From SAR202 cluster bacterium bin16 (lineage in GTDB: Bacteria; Chloroflexota; Dehalococcoidia; Lucifugimonadales; Australimonadaceae): a stretch of DNA of 64,000 nt. The stretch covers positions 11,826 to 75,825 of the forward strand of contig MPMJ01000007.1 in NCBI GenBank assembly GCA_002238425.1, written 5' to 3'. Both the position numbers and the translations under genes were made by a program. Shown here piece by piece: positions 35,788-44,393 of this stretch. How positions within the stretch are numbered: position 1 is the first letter of the stretch; every line of letters begins with the position of its first letter. The notes beneath the pieces were generated by a model. That model was not told the DNA's origin. It saw only the letters and a program-made list of their open reading frames with translations, and made no database searches.

Positions 35788-36738
35788 ATGCCGGACCTGC
35801 CGACCCAGGATGAAGTCCTGTCCTACTTCGACTCGCTGAGCAACTGGGGACGGTGGGGCGACGACGACGAGCTCGGCACGATGAACCACATCACGCCGGA
35901 GACGCGCCGCCGCGCGGTGTCGCTCGTGCAGGAGGGCGTCACGGTGTCGTGCGCTCGGACGCTCAGCAACGCCACCGGGCCGGACGTCACGTTCCAGCCT
36001 ATGCACTTCATGATCGAGTCGGGCGAGGGCTACGCCCACGACGAGAAGGCCGGGCCGCCGCGTCCGGCGCAGACCTCCTCGGACTTCATCGCCGTCGCAT
36101 TCCACGGCCACGTCATCACCCACGTCGACAGCCTGTCGCACTTCTTCTTTGGCGGACAGATGTACAACGGCAAACCCTCCAGCCTCGTCTCCACGCGCTA
36201 CGGCGCGCTACGGGAGTCGATCGAGGTGCTGCAGGGCGGCGTGCTCGCCCGTGGCGTGCTGCTCGACATTCCCCGCCTTCGCGGTGTGCCGTGGTTCAAC
36301 CCCGGCGAGGGCATCCTGCGCGAGGACCTCGAAGCAGCCGAAGCCGCCGAGGGCGTCAGCGTCGAGCCGGGCGACGTCCTGCTCGTGCGGACGGGACAAC
36401 TGCGCCGCCGCGCGGAGCTCGGCCCATGGAACATCGCGGCGGAGGGCGGCACCGGCACGCACGCCAACTGTCTCCCCTTCTACCAGGAGCGCTCCGTCGC
36501 CATGCTGGGGTCCGACACCGGCAACAGCCTCATCCATCCGGGCTTCGACCGGCTCACCAATCCGGTGCACCAGGTCGGCATCGTCGCCATGGGCCTCTGG
36601 ATACTCGACAACGCGGACCTGGAGCGGCTCGCGGAGGCCTGCGCGGAACGTGGCCGCTGGGAGTTCATGATCACCATCAACCCGCTCCGCATCGAGGGCG
36701 GCACCGGTTCGCCAGTGAACCCCATCGCGGTGTTCTGA
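35788..36738 (+). CDS. cyclase-family protein (kynurenine formamidase-like fold)
   Basis: 316 aa. AFHGHVITHVDSLSHFF matches the HxGTHxDxPxH-type metal motif of the putative cyclase family. Confidence 0.75.
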   Translation: MPDLPTQDEVLSYFDSLSNWGRWGDDDELGTMNHITPETRRRAVSLVQEGVTVSCARTLSNATGPDVTFQPMHFMIESGEGYAHDEKAGPPRPAQTSSDFIAVAFHGHVITHVDSLSHFFFGGQMYNGKPSSLVSTRYGALRESIEVLQGGVLARGVLLDIPRLRGVPWFNPGEGILREDLEAAEAAEGVSVEPGDVLLVRTGQLRRRAELGPWNIAAEGGTGTHANCLPFYQERSVAMLGSDTGNSLIHPGFDRLTNPVHQVGIVAMGLWILDNADLERLAEACAERGRWEFMITINPLRIEGGTGSPVNPIAVF

Positions 36739-36779
36739 GGTGGTCACTTCCCTGCCTATGCGACCCGCTGAGCATACAT

Positions 36780-36806
36780 CTAGTCATGCGGGAGTTGGAT
36801 GACTAG
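36780..36806 (+). terminator. hairpin after the cyclase gene
   Basis: CTAGTCAT-GCGGGAGTTGG-ATGACTAG, an 8-bp inverted repeat. It lies 40 nt after the stop and at the boundary of the lower-GC islet. Confidence 0.35.
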
Positions 36807-36850
36807 CGAAACCTATCCTCTACGTCAAGTCAATCGAAAGGAAAATCACC

Positions 36851-37621
36851 TTGGGATCAATACTGGGGTACCACTCTCGCATTCACAGCGCGGTCATGGA
36901 CGCAAGCGGGCAGGCGATTGCGCTTTCACTATCCTTGTCGAACTTGGAGGCTGAGCGAAGTCGAGGTGACTTTAAGGAACGACAACAGGCGGCTCTCCCT
37001 CAGTTAGTGCGGGAAGCAGAGTCTCTTAGGCGTGCTATCTATGAATTGCTTGCTGCGCTCCCCTCGGAGGTCAGAGAAGCATCAGAAAAAGGAACCAGCC
37101 TCCTTCGGCACTTAGGTTGGATACAGAAGAGGTTCAATGAGCATTCGCCACTCAGTGCAGCAGGCGACCCAGTTGATATAGTCCGGGTAGACTTGCCGGG
37201 TGTGCTGGCGATATTCAATGATTGGTACTCCCGTCGGTCTCCAATAGATAGCGATCTTCACGAGCGCCTCGCACCATACATAGCAGCAGGACAGCTGAGC
37301 GCTGCAGAAAGAGAATCTTGGATAGTCTTCAAGTCTAGGGTGGTCAGCACTTTCGGGCTTCCAGAAGATGTTGACGGACACCGGCTTGCTGACGCCCTCT
37401 TTGGTCAGCCCGATGTAACTGCCAACCTGCTGTCTAGTCAACAACGGGTGGGATACCTGAATCTGTTCAAGGGCTTATACACTCTCTTTCGAAACCCCGT
37501 CGCCCATAACGACATCCAAGCCAATCCAGAAGAGATTGAGGCAGTCATTGCGCTCCTCAATTCGTTCCTTGCCCAAGTTGAGCGACGTAAAGTAGTACCA
37601 ATGAGACCTAGCCCCTTGTGA
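36851..37621 (+). CDS. protein with C-terminal TIGR02391/Ymh-like domain, on a lower-GC islet
   Basis: 256 aa with a TTG start (the ATG 15 codons downstream is an alternative). C-terminal FKGLYTLFRNPVAHNDIQANPEEIEAVIALLNSFL matches the RNxxAH motif that I recall for the Ymh/TIGR02391 family. Base composition is visibly more AT-rich than the flanks. Confidence 0.55.
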   Translation: MGSILGYHSRIHSAVMDASGQAIALSLSLSNLEAERSRGDFKERQQAALPQLVREAESLRRAIYELLAALPSEVREASEKGTSLLRHLGWIQKRFNEHSPLSAAGDPVDIVRVDLPGVLAIFNDWYSRRSPIDSDLHERLAPYIAAGQLSAAERESWIVFKSRVVSTFGLPEDVDGHRLADALFGQPDVTANLLSSQQRVGYLNLFKGLYTLFRNPVAHNDIQANPEEIEAVIALLNSFLAQVERRKVVPMRPSPL

Positions 37622-37846
37622 CACCAGCCCATTGCCCCCTCGAGGCCCCGCCCGCTACGCTGGTTCCCCTGCAGCAAGCGGGTTCCGACCCGCCTGCCTG
37701 GGAGTAAAATGGCGCGAAATGGCTCATTTTGGCCCACTTTTGAGGACCGGCCACCCCTGTAGCCGCCCCGGCAGGCGTGCACGGGTTTGCCATTCCCGCG
37801 CCGCATCGCTATCTTCCCTATCCATTCCCCGCCAAGAGGAGCACTC

Positions 37847-38938
37847 GTGAAGATCACCAACGTCCAGGCCACCACCCATAACGTGCCGGTGCCCGTCCCG
37901 CTGATGGACGAGCCCGTCATGCGTCCGTTCGTCTTCTGCCAGGTCGACACCGACGCCGGCGTCACCGGCTACGGCATCTCCGGCCCCATCCAGCGGAAGG
38001 CGGTGCGCGAGCACATCAACGCCGAGCTCGGCCCGCTCGTCACCGGCATGGACCCGATGGACACGGAGCGCATCTGGCACCTCTGCTACGTCGAGCACAA
38101 CCCCCGCTCGCAGACCGGCACGTGGTCGAGCGCCGTGAGCGCCATCGACATCGCGCTCTGGGACATCAAGGGCAAGGCGCTCGGCATGCCCGTGTGGCGT
38201 CTGCTCGGCGGCGCACAGCCGGTCGTCCCCGCTTACATCACCTTCGGCCTGCCGGAGTACACGGAGGAGCAACTCGTGCAGGTCGCGCGCGACTTCGTGG
38301 CGCAGGGCGAGGACAAGCTGAAGATGGTGGTGGGCGTTGCCGGCGACCACCAGGCATGGCGCGAGGACTCCGACCGCGTCCACGCTGTGCGAGACGCCAT
38401 CGGCCCCGGCGTGCAGCTCTCTCTGGACGCGAACTACATGTTCCAGTTCAACAACGCCCTGAACCTCGCGAAGGCCGTCGAGGAGTGCAACGTCGAGTGG
38501 TTCGAGGAGCCGGTTTGGGGCAACGACGCCCCGCTGCTGCACGAGTTGCGGATGCGCACGAGCATCCCGCTCTCCGCAGGGCAGAACGAAGGGCACCGCT
38601 TCCGTGCCCGCGAGCTGCTCGTGCACCAGGCGATCGACATCCTCCAGCCGAACGTCGTCTACTGCGGCGGCTACACGGAAGGGATGAAGTTCGCAGCGCT
38701 GGCGCAGGCGTTCAACCTGCCGATAGCCAACGGCGGCGGCTGGCCGCACCACAACATGCAGTTGCAGGCCGCCGTCCCGAACGGCTGGCGCATCGAGTAC
38801 CACTACGTCATGTGGAAATGCGGCGAGATGGTGTTCGACGGCTGCGTCGGCCCGCAGCAGGGCTGGACCACGATGCCTGACACCCCCGGCCTCGGCCTAG
38901 AACCGAAGTGGGACGCCCTCGCCGAATGGCGCGAATAG
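37847..38938 (+). CDS. mandelate racemase / muconate lactonizing enzyme family (enolase superfamily)
   Basis: ORF 37787..38938. GTG at 37847 follows AAGAGGAG. KITNVQATTHNVPV..., AIDIALWDIKGKALGMPVWRLLGG, LDANYMF and WFEEP metal-ligand contexts. Confidence 0.85.
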   Translation: MKITNVQATTHNVPVPVPLMDEPVMRPFVFCQVDTDAGVTGYGISGPIQRKAVREHINAELGPLVTGMDPMDTERIWHLCYVEHNPRSQTGTWSSAVSAIDIALWDIKGKALGMPVWRLLGGAQPVVPAYITFGLPEYTEEQLVQVARDFVAQGEDKLKMVVGVAGDHQAWREDSDRVHAVRDAIGPGVQLSLDANYMFQFNNALNLAKAVEECNVEWFEEPVWGNDAPLLHELRMRTSIPLSAGQNEGHRFRARELLVHQAIDILQPNVVYCGGYTEGMKFAALAQAFNLPIANGGGWPHHNMQLQAAVPNGWRIEYHYVMWKCGEMVFDGCVGPQQGWTTMPDTPGLGLEPKWDALAEWRE

Positions 38939-38941
38939 TCA

Positions 38942-38983
38942 GTCATCCCTCGTAATTCCCGCGAGAGCGGGAATCTCGCAGCC
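38942..38983 (+). repeat. family A hairpin repeat, partial copy
   Basis: ATTCCCGC-GAGA-GCGGGAAT followed by CTCGCAGCC. The same tail follows family B hairpins at 47577..47588 and 50598... Confidence 0.55.
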
Positions 38984-38999
38984 AGGCCCCACCGCGGTA

Positions 39000-39121
39000 T
39001 TGTCATGTTGAGCGGAGCCGGAGGCGGAGTCCGCGCTGTAGCGCGCAACATCCTCTCAGGAGAACGTCGGTTCACGACGGGGCGCCTCCCGAGAGATTTC
39101 TCGGCTCCGCTCGAAAGACAA
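39000..39121. mobile_element. MITE-like element, copy 2
   Basis: The left end is TTGTCATGTTGAGCGGAGCCG. The reverse complement of the right end is TTGTCTTTCGAGCGGAGCCG. It is collinear with 14929..15039 apart from an 11-nt insertion. Confidence 0.55.
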
Positions 39122-39226
39122 TGGTCCGCTCATGGTGAGCCTGTCGAACCACGCGCCTTAAACGGCAGGAGGGCTCAGCCCCATCCGGAGCCGAGCCCTC
39201 CAACGGACCCTCTATCAGGCGCAGGA

Positions 39227-39580
39227 CTAGATCGCTGCGTCTCCCCGCTCACCCGTGCGTACTCGCACGACTTCGCTGACCGGCGAGACGAATATCTTGC
39301 CGTCGCCGATCTCGCCGTCGTCCGGCGTCCGCGCCGCTTCGATGATGGCGGCGATCACCGCCTCCTGCATGTCGTCGGTGACGACCGTACGGACCAGCGT
39401 CTTCGGCACCGATGCACGGCTCGCCATCGTGCCGCCGCGTCCGACGAAGACCTCGACGCCGCGCTGGCGCCCCTCGCCCGTCACGTTGCAGTAGTAGAAG
39501 CCCTGGCATCCCGCGTCCTGCAACGCTTCCGTCACCCGGTGGACACGCTCCGGCCTGACTATCGCTTCAATGCTTATCAT
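39227..39580 (-). CDS. glnK: P-II nitrogen regulatory protein with atypical T-loop
   Basis: ORF 39227..39628, ATG at 39580 (MISIEAIVRPERV...). The C-terminal GDGKIFVSPVSEVVRVRTGERG is canonical P-II. The T-loop reads GEGRQRGVEVFVGRGGTMASRASVPK. It lies immediately downstream of amt. Confidence 0.85.
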   Translation of the reverse strand: MISIEAIVRPERVHRVTEALQDAGCQGFYYCNVTGEGRQRGVEVFVGRGGTMASRASVPKTLVRTVVTDDMQEAVIAAIIEAARTPDDGEIGDGKIFVSPVSEVVRVRTGERGDAAI

Positions 39581-39650
39581 GGCTTGTATCCCCTCTCCTC
39601 GTTCCCTGGGGGTATGCCGCCTCAGCATACCCCCAGGCCGTTCCTCTTTG

Positions 39651-40844
39651 TTAGTCGGCGCCGTCGCTTACGTAGGCGCGCTCACCGTGAGCGGCCACGT
39701 CCAGGCCGGTGCCTTCGTCACGCTCGCTGACGCGCAGGCCGAGGCCCGGGATCAGGTCCAGCACCTTCAGGATGATGAGGGATGCTACGAAGGAGTAGAC
39801 GATCGTGGCGCCCACGCCAACTGCCTGGATACCCAGCTGCTCGACGTTGCCCTCGATCAGTCCCTCGACCCCGGCGAACGCCGAGACCGTGAAGATGCCG
39901 GTCGCCAGCGCGCCCCAGATACCGCCGATACCGTGGACCGCGAACACGTCCAGCGAGTCGTCGATCCCCAGCTTCGGGCGGATGAGCACTGCAAGGTAGC
40001 AGAACACGCCCGCGCCCAGGCCGATGCCCAGAGCGCCCATGACGCCAACCGCGCCCGCGGCGGGGGTGATGGCGACGAGACCGCCGACCGCACCCGTCGC
40101 GACACCGGCCGCGCTCATGCGCTTGTTCTGGATCTGCGACAGGATGCCCCACGTGAGCGCTGCAGTTGCGGCAGCAGTGTTCGTCACGAGGAACGCGTTG
40201 ATGGCGACTCCGTCCGCAGCGAGACCGGAGCCTGCGTTGAACCCGAACCACCCGAACCAGAGGAGCGCAGCGCCGATAACGACGTACGGCACGTTGCCGG
40301 GCTCCAGACCGGGGTCACGCCGCTTGCCAACAACCAGTGCTGCTGCAACCGCGGCCACGGCGGCGTTGATGTGGACGACGGTGCCGCCCGCGAAGTCGAG
40401 CGCACCCAGTTCGAACAGCCAGCCGTTGCCGGCCCACACCCAGTGGGCGATGGGCGCGTAGACCAGCGTTACCCATGCGACCAGGAATACGAGGTAGGTG
40501 GTGAACTTGAACCGCTCTACCATCGCTCCCGTGATCAGGGCCGGTGTGATGATGGCGAACATCATCTGGAACACGGCGAACAGCATGTCGTCGCCGGGCT
40601 CGATACCGGACAGGCCAAGGAGGGAGAGGTCTCCCACGATCGCACTGCCCTCACCGAACGCGACACTGTAGCCCCAGAGGACCCACACGACGCTGACCAC
40701 TGCCATGCTCATGAAACTCAGCATGATGGTGCTGATGACGTTGCGGCTGCGGACTAAGCCTCCGTAGAAGAAGGCAAGCCCTGGCGTCATGAGCAACACC
40801 AGAGCCGATGCGGTCAGCAACCAGGCTATCGAACCACTGTCCAT
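39651..40844 (-). CDS. amt: ammonium transporter
   Basis: 397 aa. LVLLMTPGLAFFYGGL, DFAGGTVVHINAAVAA, WFGWFGFNAGS and DDSLDVFAVHGIGGIWG. Confidence 0.93.
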   Translation of the reverse strand: MDSGSIAWLLTASALVLLMTPGLAFFYGGLVRSRNVISTIMLSFMSMAVVSVVWVLWGYSVAFGEGSAIVGDLSLLGLSGIEPGDDMLFAVFQMMFAIITPALITGAMVERFKFTTYLVFLVAWVTLVYAPIAHWVWAGNGWLFELGALDFAGGTVVHINAAVAAVAAALVVGKRRDPGLEPGNVPYVVIGAALLWFGWFGFNAGSGLAADGVAINAFLVTNTAAATAALTWGILSQIQNKRMSAAGVATGAVGGLVAITPAAGAVGVMGALGIGLGAGVFCYLAVLIRPKLGIDDSLDVFAVHGIGGIWGALATGIFTVSAFAGVEGLIEGNVEQLGIQAVGVGATIVYSFVASLIILKVLDLIPGLGLRVSERDEGTGLDVAAHGERAYVSDGAD

Positions 40845-40913
40845 GGCGGCACCCTCCCTATCAGTGATGAGAACAGTTTGCGGAAGAGATTTTGCGCCGA
40901 TGTTTCTTTCTTA

Positions 40914-40927
40914 TTACAAATCTGTAA
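40914..40927. promoter_or_regulatory. AT-rich inverted repeat upstream of amt-glnK (candidate operator)
   Basis: TTACA-AATC-TGTAA, a perfect 5-4-5 palindrome. It sits about 70-85 nt upstream of the amt ATG, in an unusually AT-rich patch. Confidence 0.35.
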
Positions 40928-41035
40928 CAAAGCTGGGCAACAGCCCGCTGCCGCCCGGTTGGCCGGGTTGGGGCTGCGGATCAGGGTCTCGGGCTGGGCG
41001 CTGCTCCAGCAGGAGGCAGCCTCATCTCCGCCAGA

Positions 41036-41905
41036 CTAGAGGGCTCTCCAGTAGCGCCTTCCCGCCAGCCTTTCGAGCCGGCCGAATCCCGGCGCAGGAA
41101 AGTGCCCGGCCATCAGCACGGATTGATCGCGCTCTATGCGATCGAGCGTTTGCCGACGGCTCGCGACCGCGCGGGCCGGGTCCATGTCGGCGCGTGTGGT
41201 CCACGAGGTCTCGTGGACTTCGAGCGGCATGTGTACCAGGTCCCCGGCGACCAAGGCGCGTTCTCCTTGAGAGGCGATCAGGACCGCCATGTGGCCGGGC
41301 GTGTGTCCTGGGGTGGGCAGCGTGGTTATCGCGCTCGTGACAGCGTGCTCTCCCTCGTACAGGTCCAGTTTGCCTGCTGCCTCCAGCGGCGCGACCTGGC
41401 GTGAGAACGAACCTGACTGGCGCTCCGCGCGCGTCCGGTCCATAGGGCCGGCATTCAAGCCCTCCGTCTCGTGCACGTTCGCCTCCCAGTCAGCCCTCGG
41501 CACCAGGTAACGGGCTCGCGGGAAGGTCGGCGAAGGAGCTGTGGCTCCGTACGTGAGGTTCCACCCGATATGGTCCGGGTGGACGTGCGTCATGAGCACC
41601 GTGTCAACCTCGTCCGGCGTCACGGCGCCAAGCTCGAGCTCGCCCAGGAGGTGCCCACAGTCGGCGTCGAGACCAAGCGGATCAGGCCCCAGTCCAGTGT
41701 CAACGAGGATGGTCTGACCGTCCGAACGCAACACGAACGAGCCCATATTGAGCATCACCCGGCCTGCGGCATTGAGCTCGCCCCGGTACGGTATCCACGC
41801 ATCCGGCGGGACGTTCGGGAAGAACTCGTCGCGGTCTATGAAGAGGGTCCCGTCTGAGACCGCGGTAACTTCGACGGCCCCTATGTTGATCTTCGTCGTG
41901 CTCAA
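41036..41905 (-). CDS. MBL-fold metallo-hydrolase
   Basis: 289 aa. LMTHVHPDHIGW (HxHxDH) plus downstream His/Asp ligands (TPGHTPGH). Confidence 0.85.
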   Translation of the reverse strand: MSTTKINIGAVEVTAVSDGTLFIDRDEFFPNVPPDAWIPYRGELNAAGRVMLNMGSFVLRSDGQTILVDTGLGPDPLGLDADCGHLLGELELGAVTPDEVDTVLMTHVHPDHIGWNLTYGATAPSPTFPRARYLVPRADWEANVHETEGLNAGPMDRTRAERQSGSFSRQVAPLEAAGKLDLYEGEHAVTSAITTLPTPGHTPGHMAVLIASQGERALVAGDLVHMPLEVHETSWTTRADMDPARAVASRRQTLDRIERDQSVLMAGHFPAPGFGRLERLAGRRYWRAL

Positions 41906-42063
41906 GACCTCACCTCGACCTGACGTTGCCCTTCACTTGAATCTACATCACGCAAGGCGTCCGCACACGCCGCATCGGTTGTACCGAAGCTGGGCGGGCG
42001 GCTATGCTGCGCTCCGCCGCAGCGAAGCGCCGCTCCGGCACAGGTTAAGACAGGAGCGATGAG

Positions 42064-43161
42064 ATGAAAGCCGCAGTGCTTTACGAAACGAACACGCCGC
42101 TGGTGATCGAAGATGTGGACATCGATCCGCCGAAAGCGTTCGAGGTGAAGGTGAAGTTGGCCGTCACCGGAGTGTGCCACAGCGACCTCCACTTCATGAC
42201 GGGTCACGCGCCCATCAGGACGCCTGCTGTACTTGGCCATGAGGGCTCGGCCGTTGTGTCGGAGATCGGCGAAGGCGTGACCTCAGTGCAGCCCGGCGAT
42301 CACGTCATCCTCTCGTTCTCCTCCTACTGCGGCCGCTGCGAGTCCTGCCTGTTGGGGCACCGGAACAGCTGCGACGCGCACCAACGCGATTCCGGCAAGA
42401 TGTTCGACGGGACGAGCCGCATCCATATCGGCGGCCAGGACTTGACGCAGATGGTCAAGCTCGGCTGTTTCGGTGAAGAGGCGGTTGTCCCCGAGACCGG
42501 CGTTGTCAAGATAGACCCGTCCATCCCCCTCGAGTCCGCCGCCCTCATCGGTTGCAGCGTCACAACCGGCGTTGGGTCGGCGATCTACGCCGCAGGCGTG
42601 CACCCGGGGAGCACCGTCGCTGTCATCGGTGTCGGCGGCGTGGGCCTGAACATCGTGCAGGGCGCGCGAGTGGCCGGGGCGAGCCGCATCATTGCGGTGG
42701 ACCTGAACGATGCCGCGCTCGAGTTCGCCACCAGGTTCGGAGCTACGCACTCGGTCAACCCCCGGAACGGCGATCCGGTCAAAGCGGTACGCGACCTGAC
42801 TGAAGGTAAGGGAGCAGACTACACGTTTGAGGCCATCGGCTTGCCGGAGACCGTCACAATGGCGTTCGAGGCCGCGCGGAAGCACGGGACCGCGGTTGTC
42901 GCGGGCATATCGCCCTTCGGCGAATCGGCGTCGATCGACCCCGTGATGCTCGTGCGGCAGGAGAAGACGCTGAAGGGCGCCTACTACGGCTCTTCCAAAC
43001 CGCCCCTCGATTTCTACCACATGGTCGAGATGTACGAGACGGGGCAGATCGACATCGACGGCCTGATCACTCGCTCTTACAAGCTGGAACAGGTCAACGA
43101 AGCGTACGAGGAGCTCGCCCGAGGGGCGGTGGGCCGGGGCGTGATCAGGTTCGACGACTAG
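42064..43161 (+). CDS. zinc-dependent alcohol dehydrogenase (MDR family)
   Basis: 365 aa. GVCHSDLH, GHEGSAVV, structural-zinc cysteines CGRCESC..C, and Rossmann VIGVGGVG. Confidence 0.9.
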   Translation: MKAAVLYETNTPLVIEDVDIDPPKAFEVKVKLAVTGVCHSDLHFMTGHAPIRTPAVLGHEGSAVVSEIGEGVTSVQPGDHVILSFSSYCGRCESCLLGHRNSCDAHQRDSGKMFDGTSRIHIGGQDLTQMVKLGCFGEEAVVPETGVVKIDPSIPLESAALIGCSVTTGVGSAIYAAGVHPGSTVAVIGVGGVGLNIVQGARVAGASRIIAVDLNDAALEFATRFGATHSVNPRNGDPVKAVRDLTEGKGADYTFEAIGLPETVTMAFEAARKHGTAVVAGISPFGESASIDPVMLVRQEKTLKGAYYGSSKPPLDFYHMVEMYETGQIDIDGLITRSYKLEQVNEAYEELARGAVGRGVIRFDD

Positions 43162-43283
43162 CGGGCCCATTGGCCCAGGAGCGTCGAGGTCTCCGAACAG
43201 CGCAGAGACGGCTTCAAGGCCGCCCGTGGCCTCGCACCTGAGGAAGCAGGTTCTCGCGTCAGCCGGTCTCTACTTGTGACCGG

Positions 43284-44357
43284 CTAAACCTCGAGACCGT
43301 ACAGGTTGACCGCGTTCTCGCCCATGATCTTGTCGATGACCACGGGATCGACCTCTCCCTCTTCGCGCAGGATGCGCATCGCCTCGATCTCGGACGACTG
43401 GTCCTGGTGCCCGTAGTCCGTGCCTATGACCAGCTGGCTGTCTCCTGCGTAACTGAGCACGTAGGGGAGGTCGTCGTCGTTCTGGCAGGTCACCCAGATG
43501 TTGTTCGCCTTCAGCGGTTCATCGTCGAGCTTGCGCCCGCGAGTCTCGAGCCGCCGTCGCAGGTCGTGGATCACGTACGGGACCCACTGTGACGACGCCT
43601 CGATGATTCCCCATCGGAGCTTCGGGAACCTCTTGACCATCTCGTTGGTGATGAGCATGTGGCAGTCCGCTGCGGCGGGCAGCCGGAACGCCCCGAACGT
43701 CCCGCCGACGCCGTCGCGGGCGTAGTAGTCGGGCAGGTAGACGTTGGAATCGGCTATGTGGACCGCGATCGGCACGTTCAGGCGTTCTGCCTCCGCGTAG
43801 AGGGGGTCGAAGTAGGGGTCGACGATCAGCCGTTCGTCCTCGACAGCGCGCATGGTCACGCCGCACGCTCCGTGTTCGACCGACCAGTGCAGCTGCTTCA
43901 GCGCCTCGTCCATCGTCCAGAGGGGCAGCATGCAGGTCCAGCGAAGACGGCCCTTGCCCTGCTCCCAGATGTCCGCGAGCCAGCGGTTGTAGCTCCTGGA
44001 GAGAGCAACTTCGGACTCGGGCGTATCGCAGAACCTCCGGGTGATGATGGTCGGGTAGAGGATCTGGACGTCGATCCCTAGCTCGTCCATGTGGGCGATC
44101 CGCCCCGGTATATCCTGCATCAACCGCTTCGCTTCGTCCGTCACCATCCTTCGCTCGGCCTGCGCTGATATGCCTCGGGCCGTAAACTCCCCGCGGACGC
44201 GTCCCCGCAGCTTCCCGTCGATGACCCAGTAACGCACCCCGTCGTTATCGGTGAGGATTTGCGGCCGGTACTTCTCCTCCGATGGGTCCATGTACTCCCA
44301 TGTAGCTTCGGCCTCGACCACGTGCGCATCGGCGTCGATCACTGGCATCTTGGACAT
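43284..44357 (-). CDS. amidohydrolase-2 family protein
   Basis: ORF 43284..44372. ATG at 44357 follows GGAGG. MPVIDADAHVVE... and a C-terminal GTDYGHQD metal-ligand pattern. Paralog-like to 24379..25506. Confidence 0.8.
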   Translation of the reverse strand: MSKMPVIDADAHVVEAEATWEYMDPSEEKYRPQILTDNDGVRYWVIDGKLRGRVRGEFTARGISAQAERRMVTDEAKRLMQDIPGRIAHMDELGIDVQILYPTIITRRFCDTPESEVALSRSYNRWLADIWEQGKGRLRWTCMLPLWTMDEALKQLHWSVEHGACGVTMRAVEDERLIVDPYFDPLYAEAERLNVPIAVHIADSNVYLPDYYARDGVGGTFGAFRLPAAADCHMLITNEMVKRFPKLRWGIIEASSQWVPYVIHDLRRRLETRGRKLDDEPLKANNIWVTCQNDDDLPYVLSYAGDSQLVIGTDYGHQDQSSEIEAMRILREEGEVDPVVIDKIMGENAVNLYGLEV

Positions 44358-44393
44358 CCCTCCTCGCTGCAATCCTTTCGCCTCGCGCGCAGT

